64,000 nt of DNA from Cycas panzhihuaensis (taxonomy: Eukaryota > Plantae > Cycadophyta), in the NCBI GenBank assembly GCA_023213395.1, contig CM041465.1:119419741-119483740 (forward strand), read 5' to 3'. How positions within the stretch are numbered: the stretch's first letter is position 1; every line of letters begins with the position of its first letter. This document shows positions 12,368 to 25,886 of the stretch, piece after piece. Below the pieces are notes generated by a model that saw only the letters and a program-made list of their open reading frames with translations, was not told the DNA's origin and searched no databases. The position numbers and the translations under genes are program-made.

Positions 12368-15300
12368 ATGACAATTAGTAAAAAAAAATGATGTAATTGT
12401 ACCTAACTCAAAAGACAAATGAATTAATTGCCAATCATATACTAAAACCCAATTTACAAGAAATTATTCTTGACTTAGAATAACTTAAGTAAACCTCAAC
12501 AATGAACCTATCAATAAATATCTTAATGACTATCAAAATCTAATACCTGAAGAATAAAAAGTTATTGGATTTCAAACATATTTCAACAATTTACAAACCA
12601 TACAATCTAAGAAGAAGAAAAACTAGAAAAATTTATGATCCAATATTTCAGCATTGAACAAAAAACACAGGAACTAATAATGTCGATTCAACAAATAGAA
12701 AATAATTTTCGTTTAATAGAAATTGAACCAATTGAGTAAATTGTTTTAACAACATTACATATAGATAAAATTGCATGCGAATGGTTGTAAAACTTAAAGT
12801 GCACTACATTGCAAAATCAATTACCGACATGGAAAAACTTTGTTCATTTATTCATTAGAGATACTAAATTGTAACTAACTACAATTACTATTGTCAATTA
12901 CAAAAACTAAAACAAACAGAAACCATAGAAAAATACAGTATAGCATTCACTAAATTGAGCTATGTACTAAAAAATATCCCAACTAATAAACTCATTCAAA
13001 TTATACATCAATGGCCAATAAAAATTCAAACTGGCATAAAAATTCAAGAACTAAAAGATCTTAATAAAGCAATACAACTCGCCATAATACAAAAAGATAA
13101 GATTAATGAGCTACAAAAAAATTAAAACAACATCTTATATTCTCTTATTTGGTTAATCTAATCCTTTATTGATAATTTGATCCAACCTCTTTTCAATAAA
13201 ATCTAACCGATCAACCAGAGTTTTATTTCAAAGAACAAAAACAAACCATAAAGATTTAAAGGGAATAAAAAACTATGATTTAGATGTATGAAAAAGTGAG
13301 TACCAAGTCACAAATGTTAAAAAAACCAATTATATACAATTGAGTTGTTTTTCATAACAAAGAACTAAAAATATAACAAAAAAAAAAACTAAAACAATCC
13401 AAAAAATTTATTATGAATCGCAAAAAAATTGCTACAATGACAAACATGACATTTAAAAAATGTCATTTTTAACTATGAGTAGTCTCACAAGATCAGATAC
13501 ATTAAAACTCTGAAAATTCGTAAAAAATCAAACTATTTCAATCTTAATGAATTCAAGAAACACTCATAATTTGATAGATAGAATCTCAACTCAACACTTT
13601 AAATTTTTTCTATTTTAGAAGCCAACAAATTATATCATTACAAAATATAATAAAGAACCTTAAAATCACAATCAATGATGTTACTGTCAAAAAAAATCCG
13701 TACGTACTCAATGTAAAAGTAAACATTGTTTTAAGTAATTTGTGACTTTAAAATGCTTGAAACTTTTGAAATAAACTTAGATGAATTATTTATGAAATAT
13801 GAAAAAGATGGTAGGATTATTATTCTTCGAGAAAAAAGACCAAGAAACAACCAAATAATATCGTGTAACCATATAAGAAAACTAATAAAAAAATATCATC
13901 GAAGCATAGTGGCTCACTTTTTTTAATTCAAGTAGAAATAATACTAGCAACTAAAGAAAATGAACTTCAAAAAATCATCCAAAAGAATAAAGAAGTCTTT
14001 CAAAACCTTCCAATAGAATTACCCCTAAATAAAGAGCTAGAACATCAAATTGAACATGAAACTGGCATTAATCTAATTGTTATTCATTCGTATAAGCAGT
14101 CACATCATTATCAAAATGAAATTGAAAAAATTATTCAAAAACTACTAGATCTTGAAATAATAACTATCAACAAGAGTCCATTCACAACTCATGTAATCTC
14201 AATAAAAAAAAAAGAGAGATTATATCGTATGTGCATAGATTATCAAATATTAAATAAGATTATAATGAAATAATTATTAGATGAATTACAAAGAACAAAG
14301 TATTCCTCAAAAATATATCTGAAATATAATTTTTTTTTTCTTAAAATAAAAAATAGATATAATTGAGTTGAATAACCTAAAAGTCAAGTGGATGTACTTG
14401 CCTAATCGTTTTACATACAATGTGCTCAAAATAATTATGTCAAAATGAAATTTTTTCTTAAATTTTTTATGGAGAGAAACAAAGCAAACATTGTGAGATA
14501 GCCATATCAAAATTTCTTTCAAATTAGAATTAAACTAGAGGATAGGTATAAGATTGCTTTCAGCATACATCACAATCATTATGAACTGAAAGTAATGTCT
14601 TTCGATCTTAACAATGTGATGGCCATATTCTAAGCCATTATGAATAAGTTCTTAATTCCTATCTATGAAAATCTATTTTGATCTTTTTTAATAATATATT
14701 ACTATTTAACAAAAATTAAAAAAAAACATGTAAACCCTATAAAGTAAATGTTATAAACATTTTAAAACAATAAACTTTTTTGTAAATAAATCAAAGTGTT
14801 ACTTTAAAAAATAAATAGATATAATATTTGGAGCATCTTATCTCAAACGAATAGATTAAATTTGATTTTAAAAAAAAAGTCAGCCATTTAAAAATAGCCC
14901 ACACCCAAAAATATCACCAAATTTATAAGCTTCTTAAAATTAATAGGACATTATTAACATTTTGTTAAAAACTGTATACAAAAAACTATTGCCTTAACCT
15001 ACTTATTTAAAAAAAAAAATCTTTCCAATAAAATGAAATAGCAATATGTTTTGAATAGCTCAAACAGACCATGACTTACTTTCCAATTTTAACTTCACCT
15101 GACTTCTCTAAAATTTTCACAATAGAATGTGAGACTTACAGGACAAGAATTGGAAAAATATTAATACAAAAAAGAAAGACCATCACACTTGAAAGTAAAA
15201 AATTAAATAATAGAGAACAACTAATATCCATTTATGACAAAAAAATGTTGACTATTACGCACACCCTAGTTAAATGATATCAATATTTATTCAACAATAA

Positions 15301-16935
15301 ATTTAATAGTCCACAATACCTCTTGAAATAAAAAGAGTTAATCTCTTAAACAATAGAAATATATTAGCAAAATACAAGGTTTCGACTTTAACGTAATATA
15401 TAACAAAGATAAATTTAATGTGGTGGTTGATGCTTCATCATGTAGAGATGAAGAACCCCAACAAAGTACATAACACCAATTGACGTAATTTTGATAATAA
15501 AGCTATTATATATAACAGAATACAGAGTATGCTAAAAGTCCCAATCTCCAACAAACAATTCAAAAATTTTAACAAAGCAATGATAATAAATTTGAATGAA
15601 AAAACAATATCCTATGTTATAAGAATGAATATAGTTAGGGGTAAACTCGTCGTTCCAAACCAAAATATTAGAAAGAACTGCATAATACCATCAATAAAAC
15701 ATGAAAACTTTTTCAAAATATATCTTAGAACCAAACAATTCTAAAAATGAATGAAAAAAAAGATTTAAGAGTTTGCTATTGAATGTTTAATCTATGAAGC
15801 AAATAGATACAAACACATAATTACACCCAGATTACTGTAATCTTTACCTATTCCATAATAGAAATGGAATAGTATGAATATTATTATAAGACTCCCTAAG
15901 TCAAAAGGGAAAGATGATATATATGTGGTAGTAGATCGCCTAACAAAATTCACTTTCTTCATATCCATTCAATCCACTTACAAAATTTTTTAATTAATAA
16001 AAATATTTATCAAAGAGATACATAAATTGCACAATTGCCCTCAAACCATTATTAGTGACAGCAATCCAAAATTTTTGAGCCACTTCCAACAAGAGATGTT
16101 TAAACAAGTTGGCACAAAGTTCAAAATAAGCACCAATTACTATCCGCAAACAAATAATCAAACTGACACAATTAATAAGCGTTTGAAAAACTACTTTAGA
16201 AACTATACGGCTAACAAATAGAACTCATAGGTCAAATGGCTACACTTTGTTGAAACTTGATATAATTCTTCTTATTATTCATCCATTAAAATGACCCGAT
16301 TCTAAGCGTTATATCGCTACCAACTAACCCAACTAAAAGATTGGTTAATCAAAGATAATAGAGTGCCAACAATAAACAACTACATTTAAGAAACACTAGG
16401 CATATAGTTTAAATATTTAAACAACATCTGGAAGAGGCCAAAAATTAAACAAAACAACAAACCAACAACCAACAAACATCCTATTGAAAGGGAACTAAAG
16501 ATAAGAGATTGGGTTTACATAAAATTGAAGCCATATAAACAAGCATCCTTAAAAAAATCTTCAAAGGAAAAGTTAAGTCCTAAATTCTATGGACCGTATC
16601 TAATTAAACAAAAAATGGAAAATTTTGCTTATGCTCTAAAACTTCTTACTTCTAAACTACAATGTATTTTATGGATCATGCTTTAAAAAAAACATGTGTC
16701 CATAATATTTCTATGCAAATAGAGTTACCTCTCTTGGATGAAGAAAGAAAATTGGTTTTTGTGTCAAAAGCCATCTTCGATATTCGAGAAAAACAATTAC
16801 AATTAAAAACTATTCAAGAATACTCAAGGGGAAAGAACTATCTATTGAAAATGCTACCTAAAAATCCATCAATTTTGTCAATCAATATCTAAAATTGCAA
16901 AATACAAATTTCGTGGACCAAACATCTTAACAGAG
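12368..16935 (+). pseudogene. gag-pol of chromovirus A, heavily deaminated
   Basis: Remnant motifs: ILMNSRNTHNL (protease DSG decayed), YRMCIDYQILNK, HYELKVMSFDL, PILTSPDFSKIFTIECE (RNase H), IISDSNPKFLSHF, YYPQTNNQT, LSPKFYGPY, chromodomain-like tail; start approximate. Confidence 0.85.
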
Positions 16936-16940
16936 AAACT

Positions 16941-17190
16941 TGTTATAATCCTCCTTAAACCTAATTATTATGGAAAGGGGCACCTTCAAATAATTGTATC
17001 TCTCTACCAAAAGACTCAATTCCATGCATATAAATATGCATACATTGTAAACATTTATCATCACTTAACTTTTTATCAATCTATTATTTAGTCTTTTTAC
17101 TATTGAATTTGCTCTTAAGCATACTTTGTGCTCTTGTGTGCTCTTTGGAATTTGGTGATGGTCCTCAAATTACAAACTAGGTTCGTAACA
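16941..17190 (+). repeat. 3' LTR of chromovirus A
   Basis: Aligns with 4116-4375; followed by TSD ATCCT. Confidence 0.93.
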
Positions 17191-18751
17191 ATCCTCTTCA
17201 CCAAAACCTATGTTACAAAGCCCATTTCATCACCACCAAAATCCTCATAATTGAAATCTTTGCAAATATTCTTGGGTTCATACCAACACTGATATAAAAG
17301 AATAAACTATTCTTCCAACCTCTGCACAACTAAAATCCTTCTATGCAACCTCATCACAATTTCAACCCTATACTTTATCCCTTCTAATTGACTTTGGTCC
17401 CATAGTATGGGATGGCAAATGAAACTTTATCCAAGACAACATTTGCATTAGTGAAAACAAAACATGTCCAATATAACAAATCTACCTCCTCAGAAATTTT
17501 TGCTCAATTGTTTAGACGGTAAACTTTTAAAATTTAGCAATCCAATTTGAAGGTTTGGCATCCTACAAAATCCAAGACTCTAAAAAAATCTACATGCAAT
17601 TCGATGTTGAGCAGAAACGTTTTTAGGGAAGACACACAGGCACAAAAATAATTCACATAATTGACATGAAAAATAAGACTTCAAAACTCTGTTGCTTTAA
17701 ACCTTCCCACTTGCCTCCTTCAAGGTTGCTTGTTTATTGTTTGTTTCTTGCTACTGCTTTTGGTTGGATTAAAATATTTTAGGACCATTGCTTTCAGGTT
17801 TTCCATCTACATTTATTAATTTTTTATGGTATTTTCAGCCTCAACTTTGATCAAACTAACTGGGGTCCCCTCAAACTTCTTGTCTTCGAAGCAGACTGCT
17901 CCAAATGTTGGCTGTTTACTGTTTTAATAAAGTAGGTTTTCCTTTAGATTAAAATTACAAAATTTTAAGATAGATAATTTAGGCTTTTCTTATTTTAATT
18001 AATTTTTCATGGACTTTGGAGCATGGATTCCATATACCAAACTACAGTTTTGCTCAAGGAGCAGTGCAATTTTATCCCCCTCTACTTTTAAGACCTTGAA
18101 CGCTTCATAGCAGATGCACTCTCAAGAAAAATGGAAGCTACCATTACCAAGTGGAGAATTTTAACCTAATAATATGGTGTATACACCTCAAGTCAGTATG
18201 GTGACAAATCACAAAGAAAATGGACAATTAATTAAAGTTTGTCTGCCACCCAACAACAAATTCACATGCCAAGCATAAAATCTTCAACAAAAATTAGCAT
18301 AAATGAACACCTTTAATTTTCAAGAAAAATAAAAAAGAGAAATGCTACAGACACACAGTGAGCACCTGCAAAATCAAAAACTCCCATACCCAGTACACCA
18401 CCACTTCTAAGTGCACAAGAGTAAACATATGTGGTGGGGTCAACCCACCCCCAGCTATCCTTGGGTTCTGACTCCTAAGCACCCAAAATCAGCCAGACGC
18501 ACACAAAGCAGACCTTACATATGCAGAACTAGTCATCTACATTCACATCAGGAACCAACCCATGTGCCCGAACATTTGTGTACCAAAGAAACTGAAGAGC
18601 TGCAATGAAGAAAGCATATCTGAAAATCAGGAATGTTCATATGTGGGCATCAAAATTTGGGATGGGAATGGTCACAGGGATCACAGCTATGCGGTTCAAG
18701 AGGTTGGGAGTTCAGTTAATAAAAAGCAAGTACCATTGATCTTTGTTTGCT

Positions 18752-19040
18752 AATGGCAGAATACAATATGCAGAGTTAAAAAAGGCATTTGTTATGTTGT
18801 ATAGAAAAGAAAAATAGAGGATGATATGCTCTTGAATTTTATTCCGAATGGCAGAATCCAGTGAGCAGACTTGCAAGCACATTTGTTACATTGTACAGAA
18901 GAAAAGAATACAGGAGAATATGTTCCTGAAGGACACACTGAAATATGCACGGTTAAGAAGGGCATACGTTATGTATGTTGGACATAAGGGTTGAGTGCTA
19001 TGCGGGATCAAACAGGCCATTTGTTACACTATACAAAAGA
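18752..19040. repeat. Degenerate tandem repeat, about 95-bp unit, 2 clear and 1-2 eroded copies
   Basis: AATGGCAGAAT...CATTTGTTA...GTA(T/C)AGAA...ATATG.TC.TGAA recurs. Confidence 0.65.
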
Positions 19041-19762
19041 GATGTGTGCACACACCACCACAGCCCTGCAACCCTGCTTGAAAAATGATGTATAATATCT
19101 ACACTATATGTTTAAAAAAAATTGTACTATTTTCATGACATCATCCAAACATCCATCAACATATAACCTTCACTAGATGGTACTTGTACAACCATCTACG
19201 CTAACTTTTCATATTTCACCACCCCCATTAACCTGCCCAAGATAATGCCCACATAGCCTTCCATGCTAACCCTTCGTATTTAACTGACCAAATTAATCTA
19301 CACTAGATAAACCTACGTAGCCTTCCACAGTAACCTTTTATGTGTAGCCAATAACATTTCTAATACCCATTATGTGCAAATTATTAAATCAAATTTAAAC
19401 ACGAAAACCATGACAGAGTGATGTCATGGTAATTGTCTACCACGAGTGTGTACTAGTCATTAACTAGTTAAAAGTAAGCCTCACCATTATGAACACATTA
19501 CAAGAACATTCCACATTTCCATGAACTGCTTTAAAAGCAATACCATGTTTTAATAAGACTTGCAATCTCCTATTATTGACCACAAAGATAATACATAAAA
19601 ATGCCAGTTCTGGCAAAGGAAACTACACAAATGCCTTGAGCATTTCACAGTTAACAAAAAAACCACAACAAAAAAAAAGGGAAAAAAAGAAATTCAGCAC
19701 AAGTTAATCAAACAACAATTCACATTGCCCATACAAGAATGAACCCTCCCCATTTACACCCA

Positions 19763-19855
19763 TCAATCATAGCTAGCATTCAAAAACTTAAGTAGCTCAT
19801 TTCGGTTGCTTTCTGCCAATTTGTCCTCCTTTGTTTTATCAACCCTCATTAGAAT
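19763..19855 (-). CDS. Host gene exon 6 (terminal)
   Basis: TTCTGCAG| acceptor; ILMRVDKTKEDKLAESNRNELLKFLNASYD*. Confidence 0.92.
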   Translation of the reverse strand: MLMRVDKTKEDKLAESNRNELLKFLNASYD

Positions 19856-22800
19856 CTGCAGAAAACAGGTCAATCATAAAACACCAGTAAGAGTGGACAA
19901 AGGCACTAGGCCATGTCTTAATGATGGAAAAGCAGGCTAATTGTCTGAACCTTTAATATCATCTTGTCAGCAATAAAGCAATGGCCAGCAGAATTAAAGC
20001 AAATCATTTGGAACAAGCAAGGAAAATTCCAAACATAAAATTCTCAAGGCTCATTTGAACAGGCGCAAGTGCACATATACCTTTTTACCAGAGACAACAC
20101 TGCGCCTCACAGCATCTTCTTTATCCCGCCCAAGGAACTAAAATTCATTTGACAACAGAAGAGATATAAGATGGATGAAAAAAACAATAACTTAGCAGAT
20201 AGTAAAATACAATGCAGTGCGTTCAATGGAGACACAACAACAACATGAGACATAGAACGTAAAGCTTTAGCTACTCTATTATTAACCTTGGAGAGCTGCA
20301 CTGGACCATTACTCTCTTTTGCTTGCTTCTATATATAGCTCCCAGTCAGCAGACAAGCCCCGCAAGCAACACAGTTGAAAAACATCATCCAGCAATCAAA
20401 ATACGGACCACAAGAGTTGAGCAGCCAAGCACGTGTCCAGTAACCAGATCGCAGACCCCAGCTCCAATGTCAGAAGAGCCCATCCACATACAGGCAGCAA
20501 ACCATATGAGCACCTTGGAAATATGGCATTGAATTAATTTATTCCATCCATCACATAATCAACCTAGCTGCTGACCAACATTTAACATCTCACTAACTGT
20601 TCTTATTATAACACAAAAGAGAGGCTTACCTCTTTTGACTTGTGTTTATGGTGCCTGTGCCTGTGGCCCTTTCCCCTTGACTTGTCTCTGTTCTGCAGGC
20701 ACCAGCGAAAAATATATAGTACACAAAACAGGAGGCCTTAATATTTTGAACAGGAGAAAATAGAAATAAAAATCATTTTTTGGTGGCAAAGGACATGCAT
20801 ACCTTTTTTGACCTGTCTTTACGCCTGTGCTTCCGGGGCTGATCAGACACCTCCGAATCACTGTCATCGCTGAAACTCGCGTCCCTGATAACATGCAAAT
20901 ATTTATGTCTACTACTAAAATAAATCCATCTACTAAAAACATAGATAGCATGCAATTTCGGCTCATCAGCTGCATCCAAGTCACTACCATCAGTTGATAT
21001 CTCAACTCCAGTAAAAATATAATGTTCATGCCTGCTACTAAAATAGATGCAGCTAGTAAAAGCATTAAAAAGCAATCCCCCATGCTAATAAACAACTTAG
21101 CACCACTATCTAGTTTATACTTCACATTAAAAAAATAAACAATGGCACAAAGCATACAGCAGTGCGTTGACTTGCTTTCATTTTTTCCCTGAATAAAATA
21201 TATCTAGGATTCATTACAGCCATCATAATGAAGAGCTATTGAGGTAGAAAACAACACAGCACCACTATCTAGTTTATACCTCAAATTAAAACCAGAAAAA
21301 CAAAGGCAAAAAACAATAAAAACAATGCAGTGAAAATTGAATGATTTTAATTTTTACCCTTAGCTCAGAAAAGTTTCCTCTACATTTTACAATCTCTACT
21401 AATTAAGCTTAGACACCTGTACATTTTATGCATTCTCTGTTTTCAGTTTCTAAAATAAATGTAACCATAGGAAATTAAAATCTACGAGTTTCATTACCTA
21501 AGCCCAGAGCAAAAGATCTTGAGATGAAAAAATACTCAAACTAAATTGAGACATTCAGAATAATGTCTTTTACTGACAACAATTGCATCAATCATTAAAG
21601 CAATATAAGTAGATATAGAGATAGAAACATAACACAGAAGAATAAACTTACAGAGCTTTTGTAATGGGTCTTAACTGCATCAAAAAAGAAAACAGCTCCA
21701 ATAACTCAAGAGGCAAATGCCAGACACTGAGGATGAACTAAAACTAGGAGAAAGGAAAAATGGTACACCAAGCTCTCTTGGCAACTAAGTCTACTGTTGT
21801 CCACCTGCCTCATCAGCCATGCTTTGAGGGGATCTCCCGGGTGAAACACATCCAAGAACACATTCTAACAAAAATACGCATACATGGAATGCACTGAAAA
21901 CAATCTTCCCACATTCAAAAACAACCCCCCAGCGCTTGCTAAGACCTGGACAAGTTCTAGAATACCATACCATTAGCAAACCTACAATTGATTGAAGTCA
22001 ACATAGGATGAGACTCAAACTCTCTAGCTTCCTCTTACAAGCTTTCAATATTTATCACGATGTAAGCTCAATTCACAAATCCTTGAATCCATCTACCTTA
22101 TAACCAAGCTTCCTACCATAAGTCCTACAAGCCGGTTAGTACTCCAGCATATCCACACAAGTCTCCCATACAAGCCATTTATCCCACCACTATGGCGTGC
22201 GTGTGAATTACAACAATATGGCATGCGAGTGTACGCTTAGCAGCTATCTACGGTAAATATCTTAATTTCTAGTCCTTAAAAGAAGGCTTGTCTGGGTGCC
22301 ATTCAATGGCAACGCTTATCCATCACGTACATTCTGAAAAAATGTGTTGTGAAGAACTACCAGGCTTCTAGCCACAAATCCATTTGACAAGACAGAAACA
22401 GGAGATGCATCTACAATACGTAAATGCGAAAACAGCTGCATACACAAGACCCTGCATACGCGAGATGACAAACAGGAGTCCTCATAGGCAAGATGGCATG
22501 CGTGCGTCTGCAGGATCATCCATATGGCATCAGTTAGCAGATTCGATTTTCTCAAGCTGCTTAGAGAATGTCCTGAACACGCATACATACCCTATGCATA
22601 TACACACAAGAATCCACTGACGGCAAAGCAACGCGTCTAGTGCGGGACCCGCTGCATGGGCATGAAAGATAATCCCGTCGCCATTAGATAAGCTACTTGA
22701 TCCGGCTCACATGCCCTGAATAGGAGAACCCTACGGGCCTGAAACTTACCCTACCAGGGTACTGCCATTTAGCATTGCGGTCTGTTATTTATGTGAATTC

Positions 22801-23285
22801 TACGGTACCACAAGACACCGATCCAGCCAGCAAATAAAAAAGCGACTTATTAAAGGCAAATAGATACCGATAAACAAATTACATAATTTCCACTGAAAAT
22901 CCCAATATTTATAAGCAAGGAAATGGACACTGTCAAAAATCAGCCGCGCACTGGTGTGTGATGTGTCTGTTACAATCCCCTATTTGTTCTGTGTGCGCCA
23001 AAATTAACCGGCAGATTTTAGAAAGCAATGAGGAGGAAAAAATAATAATATAACAGAGAAGACAAATCCTCACCTGTGATTACGCTTGGGAGAGTAATCA
23101 GAAGAGGAACCTTCATCGTTTCCACTGTCATGAATATGTTTTCGTTTGCGCTTGGATTTACACGACTGTCGGTCCTTATGCCTGGGACCATCTCTATCTC
23201 TGTGACGGTGGCGATGGGTTCGGTGGGGTTGATCTGAATCAGAGGACGAAGAAGAGTCTGAAGAAGACGAGGACGAGGCTGCCAT
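19763..23285 (-). CDS. Host gene, 6 coding exons, 182-aa Ser/Arg/Lys/His-rich, probably nuclear protein with a short non-repetitive C-terminal domain (GPVQLSKFLGRDKED..RRSVVSGKKILM..DKTKEDK.AE.NRNELLKFLNASYD)
   Basis: Exons 23285-23074, 20884-20803, 20692-20630, 20328-20287, 20137-20081, 19855-19763; all introns GT-AG; lengths 212+82+63+42+57+93=549 nt, in frame from GCCATGG to TGA with no internal stop. Confidence 0.93.
20081..20137 (-). CDS. Host gene exon 5
   Basis: TTTTAG| acceptor, AAG|GTATAT donor; FLGRDKEDAVRRSVVSGKK. Confidence 0.92.
20287..20328 (-). CDS. Host gene exon 4
   Basis: TATAG| acceptor, AAG|GTTAAT donor; KQAKESNGPVQLSK. Confidence 0.85.
20630..20692 (-). CDS. Host gene exon 3
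   Basis: CTGCAG| acceptor, GAG|GTAAGC donor; NRDKSRGKGHRHRHHKHKSKE. Confidence 0.9.
20803..20884 (-). CDS. Host gene exon 2
   Basis: TTATCAG|G acceptor, AAG|GTATGC donor; DASFSDDSDSEVSDQPRKHRRKDRSKK. Confidence 0.88.
23074..23285 (-). CDS. Host gene exon 1
   Basis: ATG in GCCATGG context; donor CAG|GTGAGG; MAASSSSSSDSSSSSDSDQPHRTHRHRHRDRD... Confidence 0.92.
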
Positions 23286-25727
23286 GGCCGAAAACCTTCA
23301 AACCCTCCCCAGTCCCAACTTTCCCTTTATGAAGAAGAGGGACAAATGCGACGAAGGGTAAGCGCTCCAATAAATATGGAATTTCCGTTTAATAATAAAT
23401 ATACTTTAATTCAGTCTAAGTCTAAGACTAAGGGTCATCAGGATTTGCTAACTGCTGATCACGAGTTCGACCCTCCTTGCGTAGAACGGCAAGGTAGCCC
23501 CACCCAAGCCCAACTCGAGGCTTTGTCCCCATTATTTTACTTTTTTATTTCATTTTATGCATTTACATTCGGGAAGGAGAAAAAACGAGAAAGGACAAAA
23601 AAATAAATAAATAAAAAGTAAAAAGAAAAGGGGTCACTTTCCACCGTGTAAGGGCCATGCATGTTATTTTAGCAAAGGTAATGTAAATATTGCTAACCTA
23701 GTGCTCCTATGGATGTGGATGTGGTTTATTCAATTTTGTAATGATTTTTAACAATTGTTAAATTGGTAGAGACGGAATGTGGGTATGTGAAATTGGATTT
23801 CTCTCAACATTTCTTTCAAAAACCTTGCAAATCTCGTATACGTTTGTCTTCGCATTTGTTGTAATCAAAATATTTCTAATTCAAGTTGGCAAGAAACTTA
23901 AAATGGACTTCTACCTACCACATGTCCTGTCATCATCATCTTTGAAGCCATTGTTACTTAACCCAACCCCCTCTCTTTGGCAACCACCAGAATTTTGCCA
24001 TTATATGCAATTATTGGTTCTACTTCCCTACATAAAATTATTCCTCCCACTCCCCCTAATCAAGGATCTCTTATCTTCTCCCTTGGACCTTACTTCCCTC
24101 TAAAATAAAAGCTTAGCCCCCTCCATGGGACTAACCTATAAATAATTAAGCCAATTTTATAAATAATTAAGATAATTCATTGAAAATATCTCACCAAATC
24201 ATTGAAAAATTTTGTTTATGTGATAACATTCAATAGCCTTTAATGGGGGTAATGCTCTTCACTAGAGTAGAAAGCAGTAATGTCAATTTGATAATTTGTT
24301 AGCTATGACCATGTAAAGTTGGGAATACCTATAAGCATAAATATATTTGGTTTATGTATGGAGGGGAACATTAGCATGGTAATTGGCCATAGATACATTT
24401 GAGTAGATCAAATAAAGTAGAGACCTCAAATATATTAACAAGAAACACGATGTAAAGTAATTATTTTTAAAAATAATGACTTGTTCTTACTTTTTCATTT
24501 TCTTGTTTTTTTGTTTATGTATTTTCAAAAGTAAGTTCTAATTATTTGGTGTGCCGTGTTTAATGGTGTTTGAAATATTGATGTTTTTTATTATATATTC
24601 CACGGGTTATATGTGGCATGGAGGTGTGTGCATTCACATTAAATGCCTTAATTGAAAGGTTGTAGTGGATATTAAAACTCTTAGAAACCACTCCAAGGAT
24701 AAATGTATTTAAATGTAGGTGTGGATGCTAGAGATTCCACATTATTATATGTGTTATTGTGGATAGTAGCTTGTATATTGCATATGGGTTATCATGGTTA
24801 GACCAACCTTTCTTTTTCTTTTCATTGTTCATTCTGTGGAATATAGTAATATTTGTATAAATGTATGCTCTTATGCTTTATTTTAAGTTATATGAAATCA
24901 TATCTATATTAGATCTATAGTTAAGTCTTAAATTACAAATGAAATACTTAGATTTTGATTATATATTATGGCTAAGATTACATAGATTAAATATTAGTGT
25001 TTAAATTTTTGATACTTTTATATGTTGTTTATTTTTTGCTTGTATTTAAGTATTCTTAATATGTAAAATTTAGCTTTCCAACGTTCAATAATTCATTTGA
25101 TATACAAATTTATTGAAATTGTGCACTAAATTATATTAAAACAACAAATATTGATCACATCTTGACCAACATGCTTATTTATATCATCAGGGTAGATGCC
25201 CTTAAATAGGGTATATCACAAAAACTGACTTCACATCCTCAAGCCAATGTTAATTTTAACAATGATATTACCTTGTAATCCACTATTAGAAGATGATATT
25301 TAATACAAATGAAACCATCTTCTAAAATTTTAATTTGGTGATAATTTATGTTGTTTATTTAAGGATATATGCATAAATGATATAGCATGGTGATTTTTAT
25401 TGGTGATAATTCATTATAAATTAGTAATGAAATGCTATCAAGTAAGTAATCACTTATACCATCTTTTTAAGATTGAAATAATGTAACATTATATAGTATA
25501 TTATTTAATGTCTATTTGGCCCTTTAGGGTATGTCCCATACGTAATAGCTCTATTATGGCATTATACATTTTATTTTGTTTTGTTTTGTTTTGTTATGAA
25601 TAATACTTTTATTGATCAAAAAAATTACATGCAATCAATAAAAAAAATGCTAGGGGAGTGTTGTTAGTTTTCAATGTATCACCTAGAGGGGTGGAGGGGA
25701 TGATGTTCTCTCCCCTAGTGTTAGGAT

Positions 25728-25819
25728 TATATATATATATATATATATATATAATCGATATGAGTAACCTAAGTCATCTTTGCACCCAATTACCTATTGG
25801 GGGAGCAACAAAGCCCCAA

Positions 25820-25886
<67 letters not shown>

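Larger units (their letters stand above)
4116..17190 (+). mobile_element. Ty3/Gypsy chromovirus A, full length but highly decayed, with element B nested in its leader
   Basis: Homologous LTRs 4116-4375 and 16941-17190 (TGTTA...TAACA); perfect TSD ATCCT at 4111-4115 and 17191-17195; PBS TGGTATTAGAG 4378-4388. Confidence 0.93.

Noticed and set aside
20646-21155. 169-aa minus-strand ORF as a coding exon
   Set aside because: Crosses introns and is out of frame with the spliced model that gives a clean protein
23440-23530. tRNA/SINE suggested by B-box-like GAGTTCGACCC in the host promoter
   Set aside because: No cloverleaf, convincing A-box, tail or TSD found
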